Below are positions 1 through 12,473 of a stretch of DNA of 64,000 nucleotides, piece by piece. How positions within the stretch are numbered: position 1 is the stretch's first letter; the number at the start of each line of letters is the position of its first letter. The notes beneath the pieces are model-generated. The model did no database searches. It was not told the origin of the DNA and worked only from the letters and a program-made list of their open reading frames with translations. Location of the stretch: NCBI RefSeq assembly GCF_018977255.1, contig NW_024704743.1:41728001-41792000 (forward strand), in the 5' to 3' direction. Position numbers and translations under genes: made by a program. This stretch comes from Callorhinchus milii (Eukaryota).

Positions 1-511
1 AAGACATACGTTATTGGATTGTATAAATCCTTGTTTTGAACTTAGTTAAACGAGGTAATTAATTTACCACTTTTTCTCTTGTTTATACTAATGGGAATTT
101 GTGTATTTATTTCACTTAGACCAATAATTAGGTAACTTTAAATTTAATTGATGTGCCTGTGAAAGGAACCAAAGTTTTATTGGATTACCTGGCCCATAAT
201 TTGAAGCTTTCTCCAGACATAACGGATGAGAACATTTTCCCAAAAATATCCACTTCATAAATACTGCACTGAATTGTTGCCTCTGATATTTATGAAGTGA
301 ATATTAGTTTATTTTGGAAACCAACTGCTTTGTGATTCTGCATGGGAAAGTTTGAAATTTAATTGTGAGTCTTACGTATGTCAATACATTCGATGTTGAA
401 GCGAAACCACTTTTTTNCTATTTTCTGACCCTTTTCGACTATAAGCAATGACTTATGTTCTGGTGGAGTTTGACCGACACTGTTAAACCTCCAGGACATT
501 ATCCAGTCTCT

Positions 512-778
512 ATGTGAGGTCCCATTTGGGAGCACACTCGCCACCTTGTATTGGAAGAATGTGCGTTCAAGTCCCACATCAGGACTTTGAACTCACAATC
601 CAGGGTGACACTCCGATGCCATAATGGGGGTGTGCTGCATTGTTGGAGGTCCTGTACTTCATTTGAAACATGAAACCAAGGTCCTATCAAACTGTTCAGG
701 TGCACATTAAAGACGCCTCATTATTCATTAAGAAAAGCACGATTCTCCTGTTGTCTTGGCCAGAAATCCCCCAAATAA
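512..778 (+). mobile_element. tRNA-headed SINE family A (SacSINE1/DeuSINE-like), 5' part
   Basis: Degenerate head with B-box GTTCAAGTCCC, followed by body motifs tgctgcattgttggagg, aaaccaaggtcc and ttcaggtgcacattaaaga shared with the copies at 25481, 33840 and 37070. Confidence 0.75.
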
Positions 779-779
779 G

Positions 780-1096
780 GGAAGTCTGGCCCTGTCACAA
801 CCAGTCATACATGCACAATTCACTCACTTGCACACAATGGCACAGGTTAACACTCAAGATATAAATTTTGGTTTATCTTTCCACTCCAACTAAGAGCACC
901 AATTTGTTCTTGTCCGTCCAATACCACCAACAACACCACTACTAACACACCCATGGTCAAATGAGCTAACATTAGCACATGCCTAGAATTCAACATGGAA
1001 TTATCTTGGCCTTTACTGACATTGTATCATTATTGATGCAATAAGCTTTAGCTTCCCTGGAGCATTGTATGTATCCACTGAGCCACCAGGGAAGCT
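780..1096 (-). mobile_element. Old SINE-like family C, degenerate, head at right end
   Basis: Minus strand begins agcttccctggtggctcagtgg (tRNA A-box-like); the body weakly resembles the copies at 22340 and 61770. Confidence 0.45.
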
Positions 1097-1121
1097 AAAG
1101 CTTATTGCATCAATAATGATA
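1025..1121. repeat. Perfect 36-bp inverted repeat with 25-nt spacer
   Basis: 1025-1060 tatcattattgatgcaataagctttagcttccctgg is the exact reverse complement of 1086-1121. Confidence 0.97.
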
Positions 1122-2336
1122 GGGAAAAATATCAAGGAATAACAAATTGCTTATGTATACTTTTGGCTTGTATTTAAAACATTCAGATAAAATAAAAGAA
1201 AACTGTGTCTTTTTGGTTTCTATTTCAACAATAAAACACTGTTTCTTTCAGTGATTTACCAAAGATCCTAAACAATCATGTAACTGTTCTATTCATTTAT
1301 TCCTATAGATTTACACGATATATATGCCTGTATTAGTTTCTATTACAAATGTGATCCAGAAATATTTTTGGAGCTCATCTAAAAAAATCAGTGAGTAGAG
1401 TGAGAAAACAACTTCTGCAACTGAGGCTATACAATGTTAAATTATTTGCAAAAATGGCATGTTTTATTATATATTTTGTATGATCTAAATGTTCAGTCAT
1501 ACCTGTGAGTTCGGAACTATAACAGCCTAAAAATATCCTTAGCTACTGACTGAACAGTGATAAATTGTGGAAATAAATAATTTATTATAAAACCGGAGGC
1601 AACAATGAATCAATGCAACATACAAGAAGCTTGTAGTAGGTAAAAGAAGTCCCCGAAGTTCAGATGTATCTGCCAAATTCATTCAAATGTAAAGCAACCA
1701 AATGCAGGGTTGGAAGAATGACATATTTAAGGAGACCTTTCTACTATTTTGCCTACTATTAATCTGACAAGACAGATTGTAAATTCTCTCTTTGTGGAAA
1801 ACTACAGGGACTGGGTCACTTCAGATCCCAATTATCTGACATGCAAGGAGACAAAGACCACTGTCACTGATAATAAAAGATTCATTAATCAAAGTGATTT
1901 GAACAAGCCAACTATCCTCAAATGACCTGCCTTGCAGGCTAAACAATTCTAACAATCTGCACGCTTTAATAATTTAGATAATCTAAACCTGTCAGATGGG
2001 CACAGACCTCAGTAATCTCAATTGTGACTTATGTGATTGAGAAGTTAGTGTAAAACCAAACCTACCTGCTTTTTTCAACTTCAACTGTAATGTGTAACAA
2101 ATGAGGTTAAGGTTTTACACTCCTTCATCAAAATATCTCAAAAGTGCTTCAACTTAATTTCTGGTACTGTAATAGCTCTGATTTGTATTGTTAAAATAAA
2201 CAGGTATTTTGCTAACGATCACTCGAATTGTTATGCTCCATGGGCCGAAAGTGCTGTGACTTAACCATTGTCACTGAGTTCCCGGAGGAAGGGAGATCAC
2301 AGATATTTACTGCCATTGAGCCAACACCACCAAAAT

Positions 2337-2630
2337 CATCATATCATTAACCAGTGATAACAATCACACCACTGAACAGTGACAGTCATTAAACTACTAA
2401 CCAATAATATTCATTACACTACAAACCGATGATAACCATCTCATCAACAACCGGTGAAAACCATCACACGACCAACCGGTGATATGCATCACACTACCAA
2501 ACAGTGAGAATCATTAGAAATCATTGATAACTGTCACATTGTTAACTGATGATAATTATCCCACTACTAACTATTGATACTCATCACACTACTACCCAAT
2601 GATATTTGCCAAGCACTAATCGGTGATTTG
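2337..2630. repeat. Degenerate 25-bp minisatellite, about 12 units
   Basis: Units such as catcacactaccaaacagtgagaat, catcacacgaccaaccggtgatatg and cattacactacaaaccgatgataac recur with a 25-nt period. Confidence 0.9.
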
Positions 2631-2790
2631 GTTTGGTCAGCCAGGTATCTTAACAGTCTTGAACCCATCATCATGCTTAAGAGTATTCAACCACACAGAG
2701 AGTTCCACATATGTATGGTACCGGCAGATGGAAATGTCTCTGTGTCTAGGATGGAATGTGCACTCTCTCCCTGGAAGGATGCACCCTGCT
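2627..2790 (+). repeat. Unclassified old dispersed repeat, copy 1 of 3
   Basis: Core ttggtcagc...catgcttaagagta...gagttcca...ggaatgtgcactctct is shared with 6262-6395 (+) and 35632-35770 (-). Confidence 0.7.
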
Positions 2791-4529
2791 TATCTAATTC
2801 AACCAGTGATAACTTCTTCCAGTTCATATTCTGAATCTATATACTTCTTGTGAAGCTGCTGCATGTCTATCTTGGAAAGAAATGATGTTAATCACATTAT
2901 TCTCTTACTCCTAACTACTTAGTTTTTGCTTGAGCTGAAAAAGCTAGTAGGTGGATATGTGGAACTTATTTGAACTCAGGCAAAAGATAGTTTGGTTCGG
3001 ATATTCTTACCCATGATGATGGGCTTCCACATGTATCATGCACCCAGATGATCAAATAAAAAGTGTAGAGTGTACCCCATATTAGGAATTATTCTCTGCT
3101 TGTTGGTAAAGTTAGAATTTTGCAAAGTATTTAGGAGTGGAATTATTCTATTACAACAATAGCATCAAGGTCTGTAAATTTACCAACAAGTGGATAACTT
3201 GTTCTCTCCTCCCATTAAAACAATTGTGATTAATTTTGGCAACAACGGGGTGTGCTATAAAGCTTTCAGTGATGAACTCAATATGGTGGTTAAACTAGAC
3301 TGACTATATGCTGTGGTATGTACAATATTTTATTTATTTCTACTGTAAAGCCAATCGGTCCTTTGGGGAAATATGAACATAAATATGACAATGAATATTG
3401 CACTTTACCTACTCAAAAAGTAATTTATTTGATGTCAGGCAAAAGATATTTTTGTTATGATTGTCAGTGGGACGAGATGACAGAAATGCACTCAGATTTT
3501 TGGAAAAATGTGGTCATTATTAAAACTGTTAGTGCTGTTTATATTTCTCACTTTTTCAATAAACATAAATATAATAACAGATTATAAGCCAATGCCTAGC
3601 CAAGTTATAGCTTTTATTGCACTTTCCTTTCAATGATTCCATTTTTCATTTTCCTTCACCGGATACATTTCTGATGATGTCTCATTATAACTGAATAATT
3701 TATGGCCTTCTGGTTGGGTTTGTAGCTCTAACCATATTAATGGCTCTCCCTGCAATACATCTGCTTTCTGATCAATGTCTCTATTTTCCTTCTCAGCAAA
3801 ATTCTACACATCTCTCATTTTATCTTTGCCATATGCTATTAGGGACAAGTTGTGTAAAATCAGTACACCCGATGGCCTGTTAAAAGCTTCATTACGAACT
3901 GGCTGATGGCCCAGAATCTCAAGCAATAAAAGTGATGAGAAATGACTTAGACTTATAGCCTCGACTGACAATGGCGAGTTTGGGAAATTTTCAAGCAGGC
4001 CATTTGACTGGTCACCTTCATTGTGGGGAACTGGGCAGAGGAAAGAAGATAATTATTTTTTAGTGTTTTACCCTACCATCAAATTGGGAACTGAATACAC
4101 GTGTGTCTCAGATTGAGGTCTTATTCATCCTACAGTGGGAAATAAAGTGGGACACTATATTTTTGAAAGCAAATTTACAGATTATAAGATTTCCATATGT
4201 TCCTATGTGCACTGACCATGAATAAGCCTCCATGAAATACATGTTGTGTATGCTAGTTACATTGGTCTGAGTTGGCTGCCAGTGTGGGCAGCACCAATGA
4301 AGTTGACAACACATTTTCTTATGCTTAACATGGAGCTGTGGGTTTCAAAGGCATGTTCAAGCTACTATTACTGCAGCTGAATTGAAGTACAAGGCCTGAA
4401 AGGATCAACATGGCAGCAGACATTTATAAAAACCTTTGCATCTATCACTCATTAATCATTTAAAATTGTATGAATGCCATTTTGGATCCCAGGAATGATA
4501 CGTACTTGGCTTCCAATGGGTGTATTTTG

Positions 4530-4780
4530 GACATTAAAGGTAGACGTTAAAGACCCTAAGGTGCTATTTAAATAGAGAAGGGAGGTTCTCCCAGTGTCCT
4601 AGCCAACAATCCTGCAAATCAAATTGTTCATTCACTTTGTGGCTTTTTGTGGGACATTGCTTTGCGCAAATTGGGCATTCGAGGTATATACTGTCAAGTA
4701 CTTTGAAATGGCTTCCCTTATGTGAAAGATGCTATACCAAATGCAATGATTATTAAAGGAATATTATTATAATTATTATT
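4530..4780 (+). mobile_element. SINE family A, 3' half
   Basis: ttctcccagtgtcctagccaacaatcc, gtgggacattgctttgcgcaaattgg, L2-type tail and (ATT)-like end. Confidence 0.75.
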
Positions 4781-6261
4781 TTGTATTTAGCTGACTAATT
4801 GCAGAAATTATAGCATCATACCACAGTTAATGTGTGTCAATTTACATTGTTGCCCTTCCTATGAGAATCATTGGTCCTCCCTGCATGCCATTTCAGAAGA
4901 CATACCTTTTCTCCCCATAATAGCAAAACAGCAAGAATTATTGCAAAACAGCAAAAAAAAATTCCCCATAAAAAACAGCAAGAATTAAACATGCTTCTGA
5001 GGTTGCACCCCAATAATAGTGTTAGTAACACACATTACTGACAAAAATGCGAGATTTGTAAAGAATTAGTAAATAGCAAATCCCCGAATGTAATGGCTGA
5101 CTTATTGGAACTCCCGTCAGATGTCAATCATAGCTCTGAGTTCTGTGAAGTCATCATCTGAGCAGTTCAAGAGGATTGGCTGCAATTAATGCTGGATTTA
5201 TTATTTAGTAATCCTGTTGTGAATTAGTCAATTCTGGTCCCACATTGGGAAATTATTGGTAGTTGGCAACAAAATAAGAATAATCACAATCCTATGAAGA
5301 GATTATTCTTTCAATTTAAAACACTTGCCCCACTTTAATCAACAAAATTTGTTTCAAACACCGTTCTTCCTCGCAGGAGGAATCCTGTCCAAGGTGTTGT
5401 CCAGCTTGAAGGGCGCAAGTTGTTGTTGTTGTTGTTGAATCCTTTAAAAGGCCTCTGATAGAAAGAGCATAACTGACCTGCATTTTGTGGAAGCAGATTT
5501 GTTGACTTTCCTTTGAGCTGGGAGAATCAAATACATGAGGCCTGAGTGCCACACAATCAGAAATGGTTACAGAGTGATGTAGAACCAAGTTTTTACTTCA
5601 CCACTGTCTCTATCAAGATAACAAATCAGGCAGTCAGCTCACTACTACATTCTGAAACTTACCACTGATTTTCTGGACTTCTTCTCTATTGCAAGAAATT
5701 ATATATATTCTATAGCACTGAAATGGGTAATTTGGCTCAAATAGTCCATGTTGATGTTTATATGCCACATGGTCGATCATATTCCGCCTTCATTATCCAT
5801 TTCCCAAACTCTTCTATTCCCTTCATCTCTAAAAAATGAATACAAGTTATTGAGAACAATAACTTTCATTTACTTATGTCTTCATTTCACTTCATGTATT
5901 GGGAGTGAATTCAGGAATTGCGTGAGATTTGTAAAGATTTAGTAAATAACAAATACAGGAATGCAAAAAATTAAAAGCAATGCAGGAATATTCTGTTTTT
6001 TTGGTTTGTGAGATCAATTTGAATCATTAAGTCTTTTCTGTGTTGCACTCTTCCTTTCAACCTTTCACATTCTTAAACTACAAAGGGAAATTCAGGTCTG
6101 AGAAGCTTGTTTATTCCATCCCACTCATCCATTATCCATTGTAACCTTTCCAATACAAACACAAAGTTGCCAATTCAGGAACCAGTCAAACTACTCAATA
6201 ACTGCTTCATTATTTACTGCTCTCGGTTATTCCATAGCCTATGATGATCCTGCCAAAGTTT

Positions 6262-6395
6262 TTTTGGGGTCAGCTGAATAGAAACCCATTACCATGCTTA
6301 AGAGTTTTCAAACCACATTAATGAGAGTTCTACCTGCATATGGTTTCCATTTGTACAACATGGAGATTGCACTCTCTTCAGATAGAGTGCAGCTA
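6262..6395 (+). repeat. Unclassified old dispersed repeat, copy 2 of 3
   Basis: ggtcagctg...aacccattaccatgcttaagagttttcaaaccaca...gagagttc...gcactctct matches 2627-2790. Confidence 0.65.
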
Positions 6396-6624
6396 GTCAG
6401 TTCTCAACTGCAATAATAATTGTATTCAAGTATAAAATAATTATTTTATTAGTATCTAATTTGTTTTCTTGAGCTTGTTTAATATTCATTAAATGTACCC
6501 TATTTGTGTTAAATTCCTCTCCCCAAAATTTTCGCTTATCTTTGATAGTAGAAAATACCCAGGTTTTTATTTTTTTGCATAATAACGTAACTTTAATAGT
6601 GCTTAAGATTTGAGCACCCTAACT

Positions 6625-6900
6625 TTAATAGCACATTGGTGAATTGGAGAGGGTTCAGAGAGGAGTGACAATGTTAATTCCGCTGTAAATTATGAAGAAA
6701 GATTCACAGAGCTAAATGTATCTTCATTACAGGAAAGTTCAAGAAGAAGCATGATTCAGGTTTCTAACTGCTAAGAGAGTTGGCTAATATGGATAAAGGC
6801 AGATGATTAAACTTAAACTGTGAGCACAGAGCAGGTGAGTACAAAATTAATAAACATCAAGTAAAAATTAAATGTTAGAATGATATTTTGTATCCCAGGA
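6625..6900 (+). mobile_element. Degenerate CR1 LINE, ORF2 C-terminal fragment
   Basis: Decayed LERVQRR and YEER motifs (ttggagagggttcagagaggag; tatgaagaaaga) typical of the CR1 ORF2 C-terminus. Confidence 0.7.
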
Positions 6901-7020
6901 AATAATGAATAATAATAATCCTTGCATTCGATATAGTGATTTATCATGTTTTCGTGACATCTGAAAGCGCTTCACAGAATATACTGTGAAGTGTATTGAC
7001 TGTATATTTTGTGGGAGAAA
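6901..7020 (-). mobile_element. SINE 3' fragment (A/B shared tail)
   Basis: aataataatccttgcattcgatatag...aagcgcttcacagaatatactg, the reverse of the shared SINE tail. Confidence 0.8.
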
Positions 7021-8125
7021 TGTACATTTGTGGAATGAACTTCCAGCTGAGGCCGGAGGTTAGTGCTTTGGTTATCAACGCTTCCAAGAAAATGACTCAG
7101 TTGGAAAAGTATGTTTCTATCTAATTGGACAGCCTGCAGCAGAGAGTCAACAATTTGCATCATCTGTTGCAAACAAGCAACATAAATTTTTCTGGTACTT
7201 GTGGCAAGACAACTTAAGAATGATTACTGGAGTGCAAACAGAACCATTCACATTCAGTGTCTTCATGAAAGGTGGGGATAGGATTGTGGCAGAAAGAAAG
7301 AAAGGAAAGCACCATTAACAAAGAACTGGGCAAATTGCTTATCAGGGATGAGAGAAAGGGCTAATAAAGATAATTACAGATAAAAATGATTGAATGCTGT
7401 GTGAAATATAATTATTCCTGAGCTGCTGGGACCACAGGATGCCAAAGAAGACAACTGGTCAAAGATGAATAACGCAGGATGTGAGGTGGAATGGATACTC
7501 TGCAGTTTTTGCTTGATATACCTTTGGGGAACAGGCAGAACATTTGCAGAACTGCCATCTGAACCCTGAGATTCAATTACTACCTTCCAATTACTCAAGA
7601 GTATCTATTTTTATAATACACTGTTAATATCATGGAGTGGCTCTATTTAGAATTGGTTTGTTTTTGTGCCAACAGCAGCTGTCTTTGTGGAGACCAACTG
7701 CCAGTGAGCTCCATGTCAGTGATGCACGGCGACCTTCACACACAAGGATTAACAACCTATAATGTTGTTATCACAAGTTTATCGGGAACTCATTCTCAAT
7801 TAATCACTGTGGAACATTATGATTAGTGCACATTACATGAGTTACTATATTAAACAAGGTAGCTGGATGGTCCAGAGACTACTAAGAAACAGACATTTTC
7901 TGCACAAAACCAAAAGGTCAATCAACCAATCATGTCCATGCTATCACACATTAACTGGTAATGTACAGTTTCTAAACAAATCACATTTTCCAGCTCTTCG
8001 GGTCCTTATCTAGTTACGTTTTGATTTTTTACCCAGCACATTTGAAGATTAGTCATATTGGGGCAGGGCAGGGGAAGGGAGAATGGGGTATGGGGGATGG
8101 ATTCTCCTTGAAACAATATATAAAT

Positions 8126-8317
8126 CTGGGTGGTCCAACTAGTGGGCTGATTTCATCTGCCCTCTCCTCTGCCCTCCATTTCATCTAGTCCACTCCCTCC
8201 ATAACCCATCAATGTTATGTTTCTGAAGGGAAACACACAAATATTGCTTATGGGTTTCAGGGAAGGATCTCAATTGGAGCATCTGGGCCTCAGCAGTCAA
8301 AAGGTTCGACAACCCTG
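8126..8317. mobile_element. Putative old hAT-type non-autonomous DNA transposon
   Basis: Imperfect TIRs ctgggtggtccaac / gttcgacaaccctg; flanking 8-mers atataaat and ggataaat match at 6 of 8. Confidence 0.5.
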
Positions 8318-11279
8318 GGATAAATTATAGGAATAAAATGAAATGGTGGAAATTGCTTCTCTTTGAATAATTAATTCTAAGGAAGCAAATCCTCGTTGTG
8401 CGGTATTTGATATATTTCTTAAAGGATTTCTTAATTAAGAAATCCGAAAGTCCCTGATGCAAAATTGTAGAAACCCCATTCCATGTCAATTTAGTTTTGA
8501 AAGAGGGTTGCCTCCAGTTTAAGTGATTCACCTCTAGTTTCTGTATGGAGACTTTGTTCAGGTTTCTAAATAAAGAAATATTGTAGAATAATAAGAATAT
8601 TTAGAATATTTTGTCCATTAAGAAATATTGCAAAATTGACCTCTAAGTCTCAGGTTCCTTCATTTTCAAAATATTCCTGTTAGATACAGAAGGAAATGTT
8701 CTTATAAAACTGTAATTCATTTGGAGAGAGGAATGAATTCATTTAGTGCACCCTGGCTAATAACTTTTATGATGCCAAGGCTTCTCTGGTGATACATGTG
8801 ACTTGGAATGTCACATTTTGTTTAGTGAGCTAGCCTGTGTGTTATGTGATTCAAAGGAACCACAGTACTGGAACTATTGAGCCACTAGTGCTTTCTCAAG
8901 GTTGAATAACTCCTGATAAGCTCTCAGAGCAGTCTGAAACACTTCCCTTCTCCCACTTCCAAACGAACCCAAATGAAACCATTCTAGGACAAGCTGCCTC
9001 CACACAATAAACTCCTCCACTGCTGAGGAGTGAGGAGCTAAGGAGATAGTAAATGTCTCCAGTAAATGTCAGGATTCTACAGACAAAACATTATTTGTAG
9101 TGATGCTTTCCTCAGCTATAGCTAGAGGGAGTAGTTGGAACAAAAAGCACTATGTGTGGCATTTCCTTCAATGCAATAGTTTTGAAATATTTTATATGGA
9201 TCTGCTTAGATTTTGCTGCTAAAAATATTATCCTGATATTGCGCTATTAGAGATAAATAATGCATGTCACAATGAACTCCCATACAATGCATCATTTTTG
9301 AACCAACTCAGACAGAGAAGGACCTTATGTGTTCCCAATTTTTATTTTATCATATAATAAGCTACAAAGGGTCAATAATTGCAAGATGGTCAATTATTTT
9401 TAATGAGGCGTGTCAGGACTAACTGTTACAATGATCTGTCCATCTGTGTTCGTAGCATTTGTGATACAGACAGATACCAGTGGCAATGTCTCTTATTATT
9501 TCCATTAGTGCATCTGACAGTGGCGGCTAGTCCCAAAAAGGTATTTGTTGTTGAATTCAAGACAGAACATATATTATTTCTTCTTTGAAAGAACTAGGTT
9601 GAAGGCATCTTCCATAAGAACATAGGAATGTACATGTCCTCCTATGCAGTCCTTCTGTGGGCTAAATTGCAAAACAATTACAATTAAAAATAATAAACCT
9701 GCACTTCTCTGCATGAAGTTCTTTGAGACGTTTCAGTATAACAGGCACTGTATCAAAGCCAAGGATTATTATTATTTATTTTTGTCAAATATAGTGCAAT
9801 CCTATTATAATGGAATGTTTGGCTACATAGAATCCCAACCAGTGTTATAGCAAGGCACGAAGGTGGGATTGAAAACATGTGCATGTTACTGGCTGCCGTT
9901 CTCTTGCTCAAAGAAAATACAGGTTGACTTTCAGGTCATTGGGCCCCCGCAAAGCCACTTGCTGTTTGCTGTGCACACGCAAAACAGGAGGTGACATTGG
10001 TGTGACCTCATGACTTTTAAGTCATCCATTTTAGCATGAAAAGCAGGTTGTCATATGGAAAAATTACAGGATGGCTGTCCACAGTGCAATTACATTACAT
10101 AAGCAATTCATGCTATAGCATTATAATGGAGTTGCATTGTAGCTATCTAATTCCCTCTTGAATCTTTTAATTCTGTGAATGTTGAGAGTACATATAAAAG
10201 CCGTGTTGTTTGTGGTCTGTCCAGACTGAGGTGGTGGAAGCTTCACTTATGGTTTATTGTTTACCTAGAATTCTGCAATCAACATAATTTTGCAGACTTA
10301 TGGCGTTTGGGCAAAATGGTTTGAGACATTTTCCCTCCTTTTTATAAATATAAATTGCATTATATTGTATGTGATATTTCTCACTAAATAAACCAATTCC
10401 ACATTAAGCAGGAATGACACAAATACAGGTACAATGTGGAAGCATAACAACTAAGTATCAACAAGTAAAACAGAAACGTGAAAGCATAAGACATGAAAAG
10501 AACAGAATATTTTTTCAAAGTTTGGGATGAGTTTTTCATTTAATTGAATGGCATGAAATCTATTGTTAGATTTCAAGTCATACTTTTTTACCAAATACAT
10601 TACAAACCTTGAAAATCACAAATGTTTGCTCTTAGTATGTCCCACTGGAGTCATTGTCTTCCATCCACATTTTCCAATTCACTCTGAATCAAATTAGTTC
10701 TTCCTCCCTGTCATTTACTTTGAACAAATAATAACTGATATCTCAATATCCTCCATGACTTCTTAGAATGTCAAGTGTTCCCATGCCCATCATGCTCAGA
10801 ATCCATCTCTTCTGCATAGCAAGTAATTGCTACTGAATTTTCAGCAGTACTTCTGTATCATGCAGGATCATTGAAATTACTGAGACTGCGCAAACATAAA
10901 ACAATTTCTCGGTAATGGGTTGCAAGACCCTGCAGATTATCCCCAGTAGATATGTTTCATCTGCAAGAAATGCAGTTGTATGTATCATGTGAGCAGTTAA
11001 AAATGACCTTTTAGCATGAAAACCTGTTTTTCAGACAAATGTGCCATATTGTCTTTTCCCTTAATAGCTGTAATCAAGAGCATAACACTAGTATATTTGA
11101 ATAACGTTTTAACACTACTTATACTTTCATAGAAGGGGAATTGGTTCAAGCTGGAGTTTGTTTGATGATTTCTGGCAAACACACTTTGGTGCTGCTACAA
11201 TTATCATTCAGGGGAAGATATACATATTCATCAGTGAGGCTTGCAGTTTAATTCCTCTGTTATTACTTTCATACCCTGT

Positions 11280-11600
11280 TATAATAATAATAATAATCCT
11301 TGCATTTGATATAGCGCTTTTCGTGTCTGCTGGACGTCTCAAAGCACTTCACAGAATATATTGTAATGTGAATTGACTGTATATTTGTGGGTGAAACACG
11401 ACAGCCAATTGCGCACAGCAGTGTCCCACAAACAGTCATGGATTGAAGTGACCAATTTATTATTATTTTCTTTCTTGAGGGATTATTATCAGGCATGTTG
11501 AGTGAGGAAATTTGCCCAAGGTTTTGCCTTGCCGGAAATTGAAACCAGGTCTCTCGTTTGCGAGGTGAATGCTTTAACCACTGAGCTACAGGACTCCACA
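11280..11600 (-). mobile_element. SINE family B (tRNA head, L2-type tail, (ATT)n end), full length
   Basis: Minus strand: tggagtcctgtagctcagtggttaaagc (A-box), ggtttcaatttcc (B-box), body, then gcgctatatcaaatgcaaggattattatt. Confidence 0.92.
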
Positions 11601-11964
11601 ATGACTGTTCAATTGTTGCAGTTATTTTTCATTGCTATATGTGGTGTGAGTTCATCGTACTTTATCAAAATGACAATTATTGTGTGAAAATGACAAAGAG
11701 CTATTAGATTCATTGCTAATAGATTCAAAAGTACTTCCGGAGAGGAAGTCCATTCCAGTAATCTCACTCTGAATACATGTACTATTCATACTTGATGGGT
11801 GGAACAACTTTTTTTCTAAAGTGAAGCATTCGATACTTATTAGTTGTCTGTCATCTAGAATCTAGATCACTATACATAATATACTTATGCCATTTTTGTG
11901 TTTCTGAACCTTATAGCGATTTTGACTGGAAACCAACCATACAGGTTCCCTTTCTCATATAGCA

Positions 11965-12030
11965 CATTACAATCCAAAATTATGTTTGTAAAGCGCCTTT
12001 CACGTCGGGAGGATGTTCCAAGGCACTGGG
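11965..12030 (-). mobile_element. L2 3'-terminal fragment
   Basis: agcgcctttcacgtcgggaggatgttccaaggcactg, the reverse of the L2 tail. Confidence 0.75.
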
Positions 12031-12473
12031 GCAATGCCCCTTTCATACATAAAGTGTTTGAATTTTACATTCTAGAGCAAACTGTTGTCTTTCACCCAAC
12101 AAGCAGACTTCAAGAAAGAAGCTAATATTAACAATTATGCAATGCAGTAAAGATATGCAGGAAACTTAAGAGAGTATAATTTTCAGCTAAGAGAAAACTT
12201 TAGAAGCTTTTAAGAGTTGTTTGCGTAGGTAGAGCTAGAATGACTTAACTTAATTTAAAATCTTACACTGAGGAATAAATAAAGTCCATCCACTTAGCGC
12301 AATGACATACTTCACAGATTGATAGGAACAAGAGATCCTTTATTACATTTGTTGTTGACATTAATGTGAAATGATTGTGTTTTTCCACCATTGTATCTTT
12401 TGGATCAGAGTCCTAATGTGCAGTTACAATGATTTGTAATAATGTTGGTCATGTTTTACCCACAGATGAGCCT

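Noticed and set aside
376..484. Exon candidate ending at a minus-strand gtaag donor
   Set aside because: Poor acceptor context, an ambiguous base at 417 and no recognisable peptide
2240..2290. Possible permuted hammerhead (gccgaaa...gtcactgag)
   Set aside because: The second box reads CTGAGTT, not CTGANGA, and the stems do not close properly
2337..2630. CRISPR-like array
   Set aside because: Contiguous degenerate tandem units with no repeat-spacer alternation, in a eukaryotic context
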